DNA from: Mobula birostris
Lineage: Eukaryota
Direction: 5' to 3'
DNA: 64,000 bases
Assembly (NCBI RefSeq): GCF_030028105.1
Contig: NC_092397.1
Span: 21,772,630 to 21,836,629 of the forward strand
Positions 26,699-39,153 of this stretch are shown here, in pieces. The translations under genes and the position numbers were made by a program. The notes below the pieces were generated by a model. That model worked only from the letters and a program-made list of their open reading frames with translations, searched no databases and was not told the origin of the DNA. The stretch's first letter is position 1. Each line of letters opens with the position of its first letter.

Positions 26699-27319
26699 TC
26701 ACTTTTTGACTGCTGTCTTCTTGGCCGCCTTCTTCTTCGGGGCTGCGAGTTTCTTGGGGCTCTTTGGCTTCGACGCCGCTGGTTTCTTAGCTGCCGCTTT
26801 TTTAGCCGCTGGTTTCTTAGCTGCCGTTTTTTTAGCCGCTGGTTTCTTAGCTGCCGCTTTTTTAGCCGCTGGTTTCTTAGCTGCCGCTTTCTTAGCCGCT
26901 GGGTTCTTGGCGCCAGACTTCTTGCTTGGAGATTTCTTGATGGCAGATTTCTTTACCGATGGTTTGTTCGCTTTCTTCACCGCTTTCACGGCACTTTTTC
27001 CTTGACCGGATTTAAAGGATCCCGAAAGACCCGCGCCCTTGGTCTGAACCAAGGAGCCGCTTTCCACTCTCTTCCTGATGCACATCCTGATCTGGGCGCG
27101 ACGTTTCCCCACATCGACACCGCTGCTGGTCAGAGCCTTCATGATGGCCACAGCGGACATTCCCTTCCGATCGCGACAATCCGCCACAATCTTATCGATT
27201 TGTTCGCCCAGCTTGGGACCGGCTGGTTTGCTCCGGCCGGCCGCCTTCTTCTTGGGAGTCTTCTTTGCGGCGGCGGGTGCGGCTGGAGGAGCCGTTTCGG
27301 CGGGTGCTGTCTCGGTCAT
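26699..27319 (-). CDS. H1: Linker histone H1 (divergent globular domain)
   Basis: MTETAPA N-terminus, LVQTKGAGLSGSFK globular-domain end, K/A/P-rich tail with 30-bp repeats, 3' stem-loop. Confidence 0.95.
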   Translation of the reverse strand: MTETAPAETAPPAAPAAAKKTPKKKAAGRSKPAGPKLGEQIDKIVADCRDRKGMSAVAIMKALTSSGVDVGKRRAQIRMCIRKRVESGSLVQTKGAGLSGSFKSGQGKSAVKAVKKANKPSVKKSAIKKSPSKKSGAKNPAAKKAAAKKPAAKKAAAKKPAAKKTAAKKPAAKKAAAKKPAASKPKSPKKLAAPKKKAAKKTAVKK

Positions 27320-27389
27320 GTCGGCGACTCTGGAAAATGCTTCTCACAATCAGACTGAATGAGAACTGAAGCGAAAGGCGGCGGCCCAG

Positions 27390-27470
27390 AGCAATTTAAA
27401 GACAGCGAGCGGACGGGGCGGAGACATCCTGCTGTCAGCTCCCGGCGACTTCATTTTTCTGTGTTTCTCT
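27390..27470 (-). promoter_or_regulatory. H1 promoter: AAACACA H1 box, GC box, TATA-like TTTAAA
   Basis: TGTGTTT at 27460-27466 (AAACACA on minus), GGGCGG at ~27416, TTTAAA at ~27395. Confidence 0.7.
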
Positions 27471-27867
27471 CTCCTCAAAAACTCTCCGATTCCAATTAAA
27501 ATCGGACACTCCAGAGACCCAGACTGGTCCTTGTCCGTCACTGAGGCCGCAAAGTTCGCCGGAAAGAGAGTTTAATCGGGATTAAAGGCAGCACTTTCTA
27601 TTTTAACCCGTTTGATTACTGCACTGCCCGCGATCTCTCTCCATTTTGTTGACCTGTTCTCTGCTTTTCGGCTGAAATTTTGAAACTAACTAAAACTTTG
27701 CGATTAATTCCCGCTTCGGGACTGAGCTGGGGAGTGGGGCGATCCCATAACAGAGAAATCTTTTCTTTTTGTACAGGAGGCGCTGGGAAATCCGGCGATG
27801 TGTTCGGACCCACAAACACAGTGATACTCGTCTAATCGCCCGCCGCTTTAAAACACTCTCTCTGAAT

Positions 27868-27985
27868 CAGCAAGTCAGGCAGCATCAATGGTGAGAATAA
27901 ACAGTGGACATTTCGGGCCGAGTCCCTTCATCAGGACTCTGGTGGGAGATGCTGCCTGACTTGCTGGGTTCCTCCAGCATTTTGG
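27868..27985 (-). mobile_element. Penelope-derived fold-back element with a hammerhead motif (27903-27938)
   Basis: Arms GCAAGTCAGGCAGCATC / GATGCTGCCTGACTTGC. Minus strand AGTC-CTGATGA-AGGGACTCGGCCC-GAAA-TGTC. Confidence 0.7.
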
Positions 27986-30938
27986 CCGCGTTGTTCGCCA
28001 TTCCCAGAATCTCTTGGCGTTATGCTGACACAATGTTCACATCTGCACCTTCAGAGGCCTGTACTGCTGTCAGAACAAAACGACAGGTTCCTCGTCATAT
28101 AACACGGTGATAAATCTGATTCTGATTCCAAGGAATAAAGGACAAAGGACATTGTCTGACCAAACTGACTATGTAACTGAGAACCTCGGGTCCGGGAAAT
28201 ATACCTTGGAAATCTTTTCCACACTTTCCCCAGTTTAACCACGTTTCCTATAATGGTGACAAGAGCTGTATACAAATCGGCAAGTGTGTCCTCCAGTCAT
28301 TTACACAACTGTGACATAATGTCACAACTGATATACTCTATCCCCTGACTAATGAAGACCAGCATGTTAAACCCCGTTCTTCACCACCCTGTCTGCAAGT
28401 GACACAACTTTCAATGAACTGTGTTCACTTTACCCCTAAATCTCTCCGGCCCATTCCAGTCCCCAATGACCGATCTTTCATAGTGTAAGTTCTACACTGG
28501 TTTGACTTTCCAATATGCACCGCCTCACACTTATCTGTATTGAAATGCATTTGCCACACTTGACCCTCTTCCCTAAGTGATCATGAGCACCCTGTAATCC
28601 GCGACATCCTTCCAAGTTAAGTTGAGGGAAGTTTCTCCAACTCATTAATAAAACTTTTGTGCACTGGCATTGATCAGTGAAGGTCAGTGAAACCTTGTCC
28701 ATTCTTGCCTCTTTTACTCTTCATATATCTGAAAATAAATCTTTTTGTATCTTGTTTCTATTATTGGCCAGTTACTTTCATAATTCATCTGAGTTCTGCA
28801 TATTGTTATTATAGTTGTTCTGTTTTTTTGTTTTAAGTTTCCCATTCCTTTAGCTTCCCATTAATTTTGGTGATATTCTTTGCCCTCTCATGTTCTTTTA
28901 TGCTGCCTTTGTCTTCTGTTGTTAGCGATGGTTGCCTCATCCTCCCTTTTAAATACTGTTTCTGCTGAGGGATGAACCAATCCTGTGTCTGCCAAATTTC
29001 TCCTGGAGACTGAAACTTTTCACACAAGGTAATCTGGGAAAGTTGAAATGCCCAACTGCTGTAAACTTGTTCCCATTACCCCTCTGTGTGATTTACTAAT
29101 ATGTCTGCTGCACAATATCTGAGCCGATTGGGAGGCCGGCAGTATAATCCCATCAAAATCATCAGTCATCATTTTATTTAAAACCTATACTTACAAGACC
29201 TCATCAAAACCCCTCTTATTACTGAAGTGTTGGTCTCCTTATTCAAAGATGCAACATCCCCCACCCATAAGGTAGCTTTTAAATGTTTCCCCTTCATCTT
29301 AAACCATTACCCTGTAAATTTAGGCTTCCCTACCCTACAAAAAGAGTGCTCACCTATTGATTTTGTAAACCTCTGGACGGTCACCAGACAGCTCCTTACA
29401 CTCTCAGGAGAGAGAAAGAGAGTCCCAGTCTGTCCAGCTTCTGCTGATAATTAAAGTCCACCAGTGTCAGTAGCATTCTCATCAAACTTCCCTCCACACT
29501 TGCCAGCTTCATGACATCTTTCCTGCAACTGGATGACCAGAACTGTGCAAAATACAGTCTGGTCTCACTTTGACTTTTACAGCTGTCATACGGCATCCCA
29601 AATTCTCTACTCAGTTCCCTGATCAATGAAGACAAATAGGCCAAACACCACCTTCACCATCCTGACTACCTGTGTTGTCTCTTTCAGTGAATGATGTTTC
29701 TGTATTTCATGGACCCTCTTCTGTAATACTCTCCAAGGGACAAGAATTTACTGTGCAGATCCTTCCCTGGTTGAACTTCTCATAATGCAACACCTCAAAC
29801 TTGTCCACATCAATATCCTTCTGCCATTTTTTGGCCGTCTTCCCCAGTTAATCTCCATCCTATTGTACTCTCACACAATCTTCACAGTCCACACTACCAC
29901 CAGCATTGCTGTCATCTGCAAACTCACTGTCACCACAATGTCAGAAAATTGTTAATGTAGATGACAATTGACAGTACCAGCACCGATCCCTGTGACTGTC
30001 ACTGGTCAGAGGCCTCCAACCTGAATAACAAGCTGCCATGACCACCCTCTGCCTCCTTCCATCAAGACAAGTATCTTGTCTGGCATCCCCTCTGCTCCAA
30101 ATGTGTAATACAAAAGAAATAAGGATTAAATCAAAATATATCTACCTATGGCCTACATCTCTCAGAAGAGACAAAACCTGAACTCCCCACTCCAATTCTG
30201 GCCCACTCATACAATGACCGCTCTGGTTAAGTATAACTTTTTATTGGATCTTGCCACGTTCCGAATTATGGGCAATCAAACATTTCCTCGGGAACTGTGA
30301 CATGCAAAATGTGCCAACTGCCCAGGTTCACTTCATCAAACTCCCTCTCCTTTTATATAATCTGATGACTGTGTGGAACTGTGGCACTCAAAACTGTGGA
30401 CTGCAGGAAACCAGAGTACATGCCTGCACTGTTCTACAAGGCCACAAATGATTAAAAAAACACTGTATAACAAACACTGGAATTCCCCAACTGAGATGAA
30501 TGGGGAGGCTGGATAACTGAAAAGATTCAAAGAGAAGGAAGATAAATGTTTGTAAAATCAGGGAAGTGGGATTGACATACAAGGAAGGCTGATGGCAGAT
30601 CAGACTTTATATGGAATTGTGGGTGAGGGACTAAGAGAGGACACACTGGAGGGTTCATCCAGTGGGACAATGTGGATAGAGCTCAGGATAAGAGAGGTGC
30701 ATTCACTGATGGGGTTATACCACAGGCCTCCCAAATGCCGGCAGGAGATAAAGGAACAGAAATGTAGCAGGTAATGAAAGATGTAAAAGCAACAGGGTAG
30801 TTGCAGTGGGTGACTAATTTCCCCAATGTTGACTGGGACTCCCTTAGAGTCAGGGGCTTAGATATCACCGAATATGTTAGAAGAATACTGGGATGTTACT
30901 TAACATAGAAGTGGATAGTCTAACCCGGGAAGGGAGCC

Positions 30939-31570
30939 ATAGAAACATAGAAAATAGGTGCAGGAGTAGGCCATTCGGCCCTTTGAGCCTGTACCACCAT
31001 TTATTATGATCATGGCTGATCATCCAACTCAGAACCCCGCCCCAGTCTTCCCTCCATACCCCCTGACCCCCGTAGCCACAAGGGCCATATCTAACTCCCT
31101 CTTAAATATAGCCAGTGAACTGGCCTCAACTGTTTCCTGTGGCAGAGAATTCCACAGATTCACCACTCTCTGTGTGAAGAAGTTTTTCCTAATCTCGGTC
31201 CTAAAAGGCTTCCCCTCTATCCTCAAACTGAGGCCCCTCGTTCTGGACTTCCCCAACATCGGGAACAATCTTCCTGCATCTAGCCTGTCCAATCCCTTTA
31301 GGATCTTATACGTTTCAATCAGATCCCCCCTCAATCTTCTAAATTCCAACGAGTACAAGCCCAGTTCATCCAGTCTTTCTTCATATGAAAGTCCTGCCAT
31401 CCCAGGAATCAATCTGGTGAACCTTCTTTGTACTCCCTCTATGGCAAGGATGTCTTTCCTCAGATTAGGGGACCAAAACTGCACACAATACTCCAGGTGT
31501 GGTCTCACCAAGGCCTTGTACAACTGCAGTAGTACCTCCCTGCTCCTGTACTCGAATCCTCTCGCTATAA
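30939..31570 (-). mobile_element. Young 5'-truncated CR1 copy nested in an older CR1
   Basis: Uninterrupted RT C-terminus in ORF 31029-31586 (LVRPHLEYCVQFW...NFFTQRVVNLWNSLP), TTTCTATG tail, CATAGAAA at both junctions. Confidence 0.92.
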
Positions 31571-32639
31571 ATGTCATAGAAAACATTGTATTGGGAAATG
31601 AGCCTGGCCATTGATAGAAGTTTCATTTTGGGAACAGTAAATAAGGACAAGACTGGACCTGGTGGTAATATGGTCATTTGGGGTACAGTTAATTGCAACT
31701 GTCTACATTGAACATGTAAATGATGTTTAAAAGCAATCGGGTCAGAATTCAGACAGAACTGTTTCTATGAGGAGGAAACACAAGGATGGTAAAGTCTGGC
31801 AGAGGGTCATAGTGAGAGATGTTATGAATTCAGACTGAAAGAAAATGAAGGATAAGGAATATTTCAGAAGTAGAAATTGGAGAAAGCCTCTGGCAACATG
31901 AAACAAGTAAGAGAGAAGTTAGAGAGAGAATCAGAAGTGTGAAACGGGAAGAAGAAATAACTTTGGTGAGAAGGGGCACTGCGAAGAGGGTACGACAACA
32001 CAAGCACAGAGGAGAGAGTTTATGTCTGAAGTGTGCGAAGGACTAAACCTGTACTTCTCATCAGTATTCATCAATGTGGTCATGGAGGATAGTGAGATCA
32101 GAGAAGGGAATGTTGATATTCCAGGGCATGTTGTTCCTCAGGCAATGGAGACAAATTACAGATTGGTGAGTCTTGGATCAATGTTCGGGAAATTATTCGA
32201 GAATATTATTAGAGATAGGATCTCTAATAAAAGTTTGGAGGGTAAAAGGAGGATATCATGATTCAGAAGGCAAAGTGAGCAAAATCCAAGAGATTCTCTT
32301 GGTATATTCATAGGAAAAGTTAAGTTAGACACAGAATCGTTCCCCTTGGAGGTGAACATGGCCATCTGTGTGTGGAGGCAAATGAAATAGGAGAGGCTAT
32401 CCATGAATATTTCTGACAGTTATTCCACCATTGCAAAAATTCTTTAAGGTTGTTAAATCTCCAGGGCTTTATCAGGTACATTCTCGTACTTTGTGGGAAG
32501 CTGGAGAATACACTGTGGAGGCCAGGGGAGAGATTATTTTGCTTCATCTCAGGCACCAGTTGAGGTTGCACATGATTGGACAGGGTGAGCAATGTGGAAT
32601 TGATAGTTTTGAGGCCCAGACTGTGAATGATATGAAGAG

Positions 32640-33500
32640 GCAGGCTGTGTTGAGGAAGCAGGGAGTCTGCAGTAGCACTTGACAGATTTAGAGAATGGAC
32701 AAGGAAGTGCCAGATGAAATATAGTGTAATGAAGTGTGTGGTCATGTACTCTGGTAGGAGGAATAACACCCTAGGCTCTTTCTAATCAGGGAGAGAACAG
32801 AAATCAGTTGTGTGAAGGGTCTTAGTGCACGATTCCCTAAAGGTTAATGCACACATTGAGTTGGTAGTGAGGAAGGCAAATGTAATACTTGCATGCATTT
32901 CAAGAGAACTAGAAAATAAAAACAAGGATCTAATGCTGAGGCTTTGGTCAGACCTTATTTGGAGTATCATGAGCAGGCTTGGGTAACTTTTCTAAGAAAG
33001 GATGTGCTGGCATTGCAGAGGCTGTAGTGGAAATTCATGAGAATGATCCCAGGACTGAAAGAGTTAGGATGTAATAATCATTTGATAATCTGGGCCTGCA
33101 GTCACTGGAGTCTAGAAGAATGAGGGAGAATCTTATAGAAACACATTGAATATTGAACGGCCTAGATAGCGTTGATGTGAGAGGATGTTTCCAATAATGG
33201 AGGAATCTAGAACCAAACCACACCCTCAATAAAAGATGCCCCTCTAGAATAGAGATGAGTAATTTCTTTAGTCAGAAGGTGATGAATCAATGGATTTCAT
33301 TTCCACAGGCAGCCATAAAGGCAGTCAGTGTTTTTTTTTAAAGCAGAGGTTAGTAGATTTTTAATTATTATTAAGGGTATCAAAGTTTATGGGTAGAAGG
33401 CAGGAGAATGGGGTTGAGATGGATATATGATGGAATGGCAGAACAGACTGAATGGGCCAAAAGGCCTAATCCTGCTCCTGTGACTTCAGGACTGATGGTT
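32640..33500 (+). mobile_element. CR1 3' fragment (decayed)
   Basis: Same family as 21620-22565; ends GGGCCAAAAGGCCTAATCCTGCTCCT. Confidence 0.7.
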
Positions 33501-36500
33501 TATGCGCTGCCATTGTTCAAAAAGGGTAGTGGAAACTACAGGCCCATCAGTCTGTAATTTGTTGGAAGAGTTTCTGATGAACAGGATCCACCAAAATTTG
33601 GTTTGATTCAAGACAGTCAGCACAGTTTTGTGCAAGGAAAATTATGTCTGGTAATTTCTTGCAGCCCTTTGAGGGGTTTCACAAGGGCGTAGATGAGGTT
33701 AGGGCTGTGGATGTTGTTTATATGGACATTAGCCAAGCCTTTGATTATAGTCTGGAAGGTTAGATCTAGAAACTGGAATCTGGGGAGATAGTTGATCGAT
33801 TCCATAATTGCCTCCGTGACAGGAGGCAGAGGCTGATGGTTGAGGGTTGTGTCTCAGACTGGAGCTGTCTGTCTAGTGGTGTGCCACTGGGTGACAGGAC
33901 CTTTGTTGTTTGTAATTTATATAAATAATGTCCATCTGAATGTGTAATTCACTGAAAGTGACGTCTCAGCTAGATACGGTGGTGAAGATGGGGTTTGATC
34001 TGCTGGCCTTCATCATTCATGTCACTGAGTACAAGAGTTGAGAAGAAGTGTTGCAGATACACAAGTCTTCGGTGAGGACTGATTAAAGGAAACCATGCTG
34101 ACTTTGGCCTATTTTTTCATGTGTTGCCAAGTACCCGAAAATACATCCTTGACAATTGACTCCATCATCTTCCCAACCACTGAGATCGGACTAGCTGGCC
34201 TATGATTTGCTTTCTTCTGCTTCTCTCTCTTTAAGAGTGGATGACCTTTGCAATTTTCCTGTTCTCTGGAACCACACCAGAATCCAGAGATTATGGAAAG
34301 ATTATTACTAAAACTGCCACAATCTCTTCAGCCACATCTTTCATAGAACTGGTGTAGATAATCTGGTCCAAGGGAATTTTCTACCTTCAGACCTTTCAGT
34401 TTCCCAAGGACCATCTCCCTAGTAAAGGCAAAATCACTCATTTCTGCCCCGTTTCTCTTGAATTTCCAGCAGACTGCTAATATCGTCCCCAGTGAAGACT
34501 GATGCACAATACTTATTCAGATTGTCTGCCATTTTCCTGTACCCCATTACTACCTCTCCAGTAACATCTTCCAATGAACTAATATCTACTTTTGCCTCTC
34601 TTTTACACTTTGTATATCTGAAGAAACTTTTGGTATCCTCTTTAATACCAGTGGCTAGCTTACCTTTGTATTCCAACTTTTCCCTCTCTTCATGAGTTTT
34701 TTTGTTGCTTTTTGTTGGTTTTAAAAGTTGTAAATACTCTGAGAGTCAGGGACATCTCGGAGCAGATACAGAACAGGGGGATGGTGTTCATTCAGCCAGA
34801 GATGGTGATTCACATCGGTACCAATGGACAGGTAGAAAAGGGATGATGTCCCACAGAGAGTTAGGGAAGAAGTTATGGAGCAGAACCTGAAATGTTGTAA
34901 TCTCCAGTTTACTCCTAGTGCCCTGTGGTGGTAGGGATACAAACAGAAAGTGAGAGCTAATGAATGTGTGGCTAAGGAGCTGATACAGGGACAGGGTTTC
35001 AGGATTACGGAACATTGGAACCTCTTCTGGTGCTGGGGTGACATTTACAAGAGGGATGGTTTGCAGTTTCAGTGGAGGGCGGTCAGGATCATGAAGTTCA
35101 TTGCTGCACCCTATGAGGGTTGAAACGAGATTGACAGGGGGATGTGAAACAGAACACTAGTCACTGAATGGAGAGATTGAAGCTAAGTTAGATGCCAGGC
35201 ACAGCAATATGTAATGATGGATTTTGAGTCAAATCCACATCTGACCTGGAGTTTGTTTAAAGATCAGTGCAGTGTTTCAGGGCCAGTTTGTTCCAGTAAG
35301 AGGGAGGGTCAAGAATGGCAAGGTTCAGGAACCTTGGATGATGAGACAGGAAGTTAATTTAATCGAGGAGGAGGAAGAAGCATAAGTAAGGCTTAGGAAG
35401 CTAGAATCAAACAGGGTGTTTGAGGACTATATTTAAAAAATAGGGGAACTCAAGAACATTCGGAGAGCTGGAAACAGTGATGAAAAATCTCTGGCAAGTA
35501 GGATTGAAGATAATCCCATTGTATTCCGTACATTCGTTGTGGTGAAAAGGATACCTAGGGCTGCACTTTGGGAGATCCAACATCAAGGGTGTGTACACAG
35601 TTAATGGCAGGAACATTAACAGTATTGACAAAGAGAAGGATGTCGAGGTTCAGAGACATCGGTTCCCTAAAACTGGGAGCACAGGTTGACAGGGAGGTGA
35701 AGTCGGTGTATGGCATGTTTACCTTCATCAGGCAAGGCATTGAGTTCAAGCACCAGGACATGATGTTACAGGTTTATAAAATGCTGGTTAGGCCACATTG
35801 AGAGTATCGTGTTCAGTTCTGATCACCTCATTATAGGAAGCATGTGGAGGGTTTGGAGCAGGATGTCTGGAGGAGGTGTGCGCTGAGGAGAGGCTCGACA
35901 TGCTGAAACTTTTTGCTTCTGGAGTGGCGTTGGCTCAGGAGAGATTTGATAGAAACCTGTGGAATTTTGTGGTCATAGTTGGTGTAGACAGCCAGTAATA
36001 TTTTTCACAGAAGGCATGTATTTAAGCTCAGAGGAAGAAAGTGAAGAAAACAGATTGATGGAGACATGGAATGCACTGCCAGGGGTGGTGGCAGAGACAG
36101 AGAGCACAGGAGTATTTAAGGAAATCTTAGACAGTCACAAGTATATGTAGAGAAGGGCCAAAGGGCCACTCCTGTACTGTCCTTTGTTCTGTGAACAGCA
36201 GATGGCCCCTGGGCATGGATCCGTGCAGGAGACTGGGATATTATATCCCCAACAGAAAAATGATTGTCGGAGGGGCAGGACCGGCAGCTCAGTTTCACAG
36301 TACAAATGCTACAGGTACGATGGAGTGGACGGGAGAGAAGAGAATGCAGAGATGTGTTTGACCAGGGAGAACATCTCAGTGGTACTTAAAGAAGACATCC
36401 CTGGGGATTGCTGCATCATGTATACTGGGACCGCCGCACTGCAAAAGGGTTGGTGGCGCAGAATTTATTCTGTGTGTCCAGTTTTATCAATCAGTATTTA

Positions 36501-36584
36501 GAAGTTCCTACTAGAGACAGGACAGAACTGAACCTCCTTGTCGATCCACCCACCCCCTCCCTTTTCTTCCTGGCACAAACAAAA

Positions 36585-36630
36585 GTCTGTATCAGAGCGA
36601 CCCACCGCCTCACAGAGGGAGCCGTGTCTC
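36585..36630 (+). pseudogene. Orphan H4 3'-end remnant (degenerate stem-loop and downstream element)
   Basis: AAACAAAAGTCTGTATCAGAGCGACCCACCGCCTCACAGAGGGAGCCGTGTC resembles the H4 3' flank at 24733-24784. No coding sequence upstream. Confidence 0.7.
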
Positions 36631-37053
36631 GGGAGATCTGACTAAACTGACCCTTTCTTTGCAAATGTTCATCAGAACTCGTTCTGCACTACCCAGTGTT
36701 CGTTTTGGGTAACACCGTGGACAGGGACCTGTCGCCGATCTGGTGAGTTGCCGCTGCGGATAATTCCGCAGGAAGGAAATCTAAAATACAAAATGGACCA
36801 ACTACAGCGGCAGTATTCGGTCATTCGGCCCGTCGTATCTGCTAGAAAAGCAGATGGAATGAGGAAAACAAACAGTTGATAATATGAAACGTTTATGTAA
36901 TGAAACAGGACAGCAGGAGACCGAAGGTCAAATGGACCAGGTGAAAGATAAATTTACTGCAGCAGCATCATAAACACATAGTATCCACGATACAGTGCTC
37001 ACAAGAACTAAACTGCTGTACAGAATTGTAAAAAGAGAAGAGAATTAGCAGTT

Positions 37054-37110
37054 AGTCCTGACGAAGGGTCTCGGCCCAAAATGTCGACTGTACCTCTTTC
37101 CCAGAGAGAT
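37054..37110 (+). mobile_element. Penelope-derived hammerhead motif with mutated core
   Basis: AGTC-CTGACGA-AGGGTCTCGGCCC-AAAA-TGTC-GACT, with GAAA changed to AAAA. Confidence 0.65.
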
Positions 37111-37496
37111 GGGAATTGCTCATGAAGCGATCAGTGGGACGGTCCAGGGTCAACCCGCAATGTGAAACCCAGACAACGCGGTTTCAGGTCATGAAGACCG
37201 GAATCGTTCAATGATCGGAGATTAAATTCACCCTCCGGGGGCTGACTCTGAAAGTTAATTTCCCCGCCCCACAAGGGGAGAGAGCTCCATTCAGCCAGCA
37301 GAGAGGGGAAATGAGGCAGGGTGTAGCGGACCGCGTACTCTGCAGACTTTTACCGATTTAATTCGCGGAAGAAACACGACGGAAGGAGAGAAAACGTTAC
37401 CAGGGATGCCTCCGATCGGGGCCGTGTCAGATACACAGCCGAGTTACTCCGAACGGTAATCACCCGCTGTTCAGCCCTTCCACAGACACTGTGAGT

Positions 37497-37512
37497 GGCT
37501 CTGAAAAGAGCC
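37497..37512 (-). terminator. Histone mRNA 3' stem-loop (H2A)
   Basis: Minus strand AAA-GGCTCTTTTCAGAGCC-AC. Confidence 0.95.
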
Positions 37513-37542
37513 TTTGGGTAAATAGGTTCAGTTTACGTCGCT

Positions 37543-38049
<507 letters not shown>

Positions 38050-38731
38050 TCATTGGTGAAAAGAAATGGCCCAATCGACGAACTGCCTTAATCACCAATC
38101 AAGAGCCCGTAAAGGCAGAAGCGCGGAGTGTAACCATCTCCTCCCCAAAGTACTCTGAAAATTGGAAAAAGCCCGCCAAAAAAAACTCATTGTTCAAATT
38201 TAATCTGAAATTAAATCATTGCTGATCTGTTTGAGGACTGGGTCTTCGTATTTCCCCCTGTTATTGAAACCGGGCACATTTAATGTAAGTGTAGTTGATA
38301 ATGGAGTGTCTGGGAACTCAAATTTCTTTCAACTCGTAAAGGAACCGAGTAAAACTGACACTCAGCTTCTGCCCGGTGCTGGTCATTGTGTAAACGTTAG
38401 CAGGTTATGGACAAACGGCTCTTCTCAAACTGTGACCAGCGGCTAGTCTGCAATTTTTTTAAAAAAACTGTTCTATGAAAGAACCGTGAAGTCGTTCCGG
38501 CCTCGAATTAAAATGAGATTCAGAGAAGTTACCTAACTCCAAATAATAAACTCCTGAACCCACAGCTAAAACAGCAACGGGAGTGGGAGGAATGTTAAAC
38601 ACCAGGATTATAGGGGGAAGATGAAGCGGATATTCCAACCGCTCTTTAGCTCCTGTAAAAGCCACCACACATAAAACGTGCGCCATGTATTGCCTAAATG
38701 CTAGTACAACTCTCTCAGTGAAATCGTGAGT

Positions 38732-38747
38732 GGCTCTTAAAAGAGCC
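38732..38747 (-). terminator. Histone mRNA 3' stem-loop (H2B)
   Basis: Minus strand GGCTCTTTTAAGAGCC, downstream element GAGAGAGTTG. Confidence 0.95.
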
Positions 38748-38778
38748 GTTGTGTTTTCGATCATCTCACTGGGGAACT

Positions 38779-39153
38779 TTACTTGGAGCTGGTGTACTTG
38801 GTCACCGCCTTTGTCCCTTCGGAAACGGCGTGCTTGGCCAGCTCCCCGGGCAGCAGCAGGCGCACGGCGGTCTGGATCTCCCGTGAGGTGATGGTTGACC
38901 GCTTGTTGTAATGGGCCAGGCGTGAAGCCTCGCCCCCGATGCGCTCGAAGATGTCGTTGACGAATGAGTTCATGATGCTCATGGCCTTGGAGGAGATGCC
39001 AGTATCGGGGTGAACCTGCTTCATCACTTTGTAGATGTAGATGGAGTAACTCTCCTTCCTCGACCTCTTGCGCTTCTTGCCAGTCTTGCTCGCTGGTTTG
39101 GACAAAGCTTTCTTGGCGCCCTTCTTGGGAGCGGGTTTCGCTGGATCCGGCAT
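38779..39153 (-). CDS. H2B: Histone H2B
   Basis: MPDPAK...[26 protein letters not shown]...VTKYTSSK. Upstream TATTTAA, octamer-like ATTAACAT (~39231-39238) and CCAAT boxes. Confidence 0.99.
   Translation of the reverse strand: MPDPAKPAPKKGAKKALSKPASKTGKKRKRSRKESYSIYIYKVMKQVHPDTGISSKAMSIMNSFVNDIFERIGGEASRLAHYNKRSTITSREIQTAVRLLLPGELAKHAVSEGTKAVTKYTSSK

Noticed and set aside
26225-27358. 377-aa plus-strand ORF
   Set aside because: Antisense shadow of H1 and its repetitive tail.
31006-31614. 202-aa plus-strand ORF
   Set aside because: Antisense of a young CR1 RT fragment.
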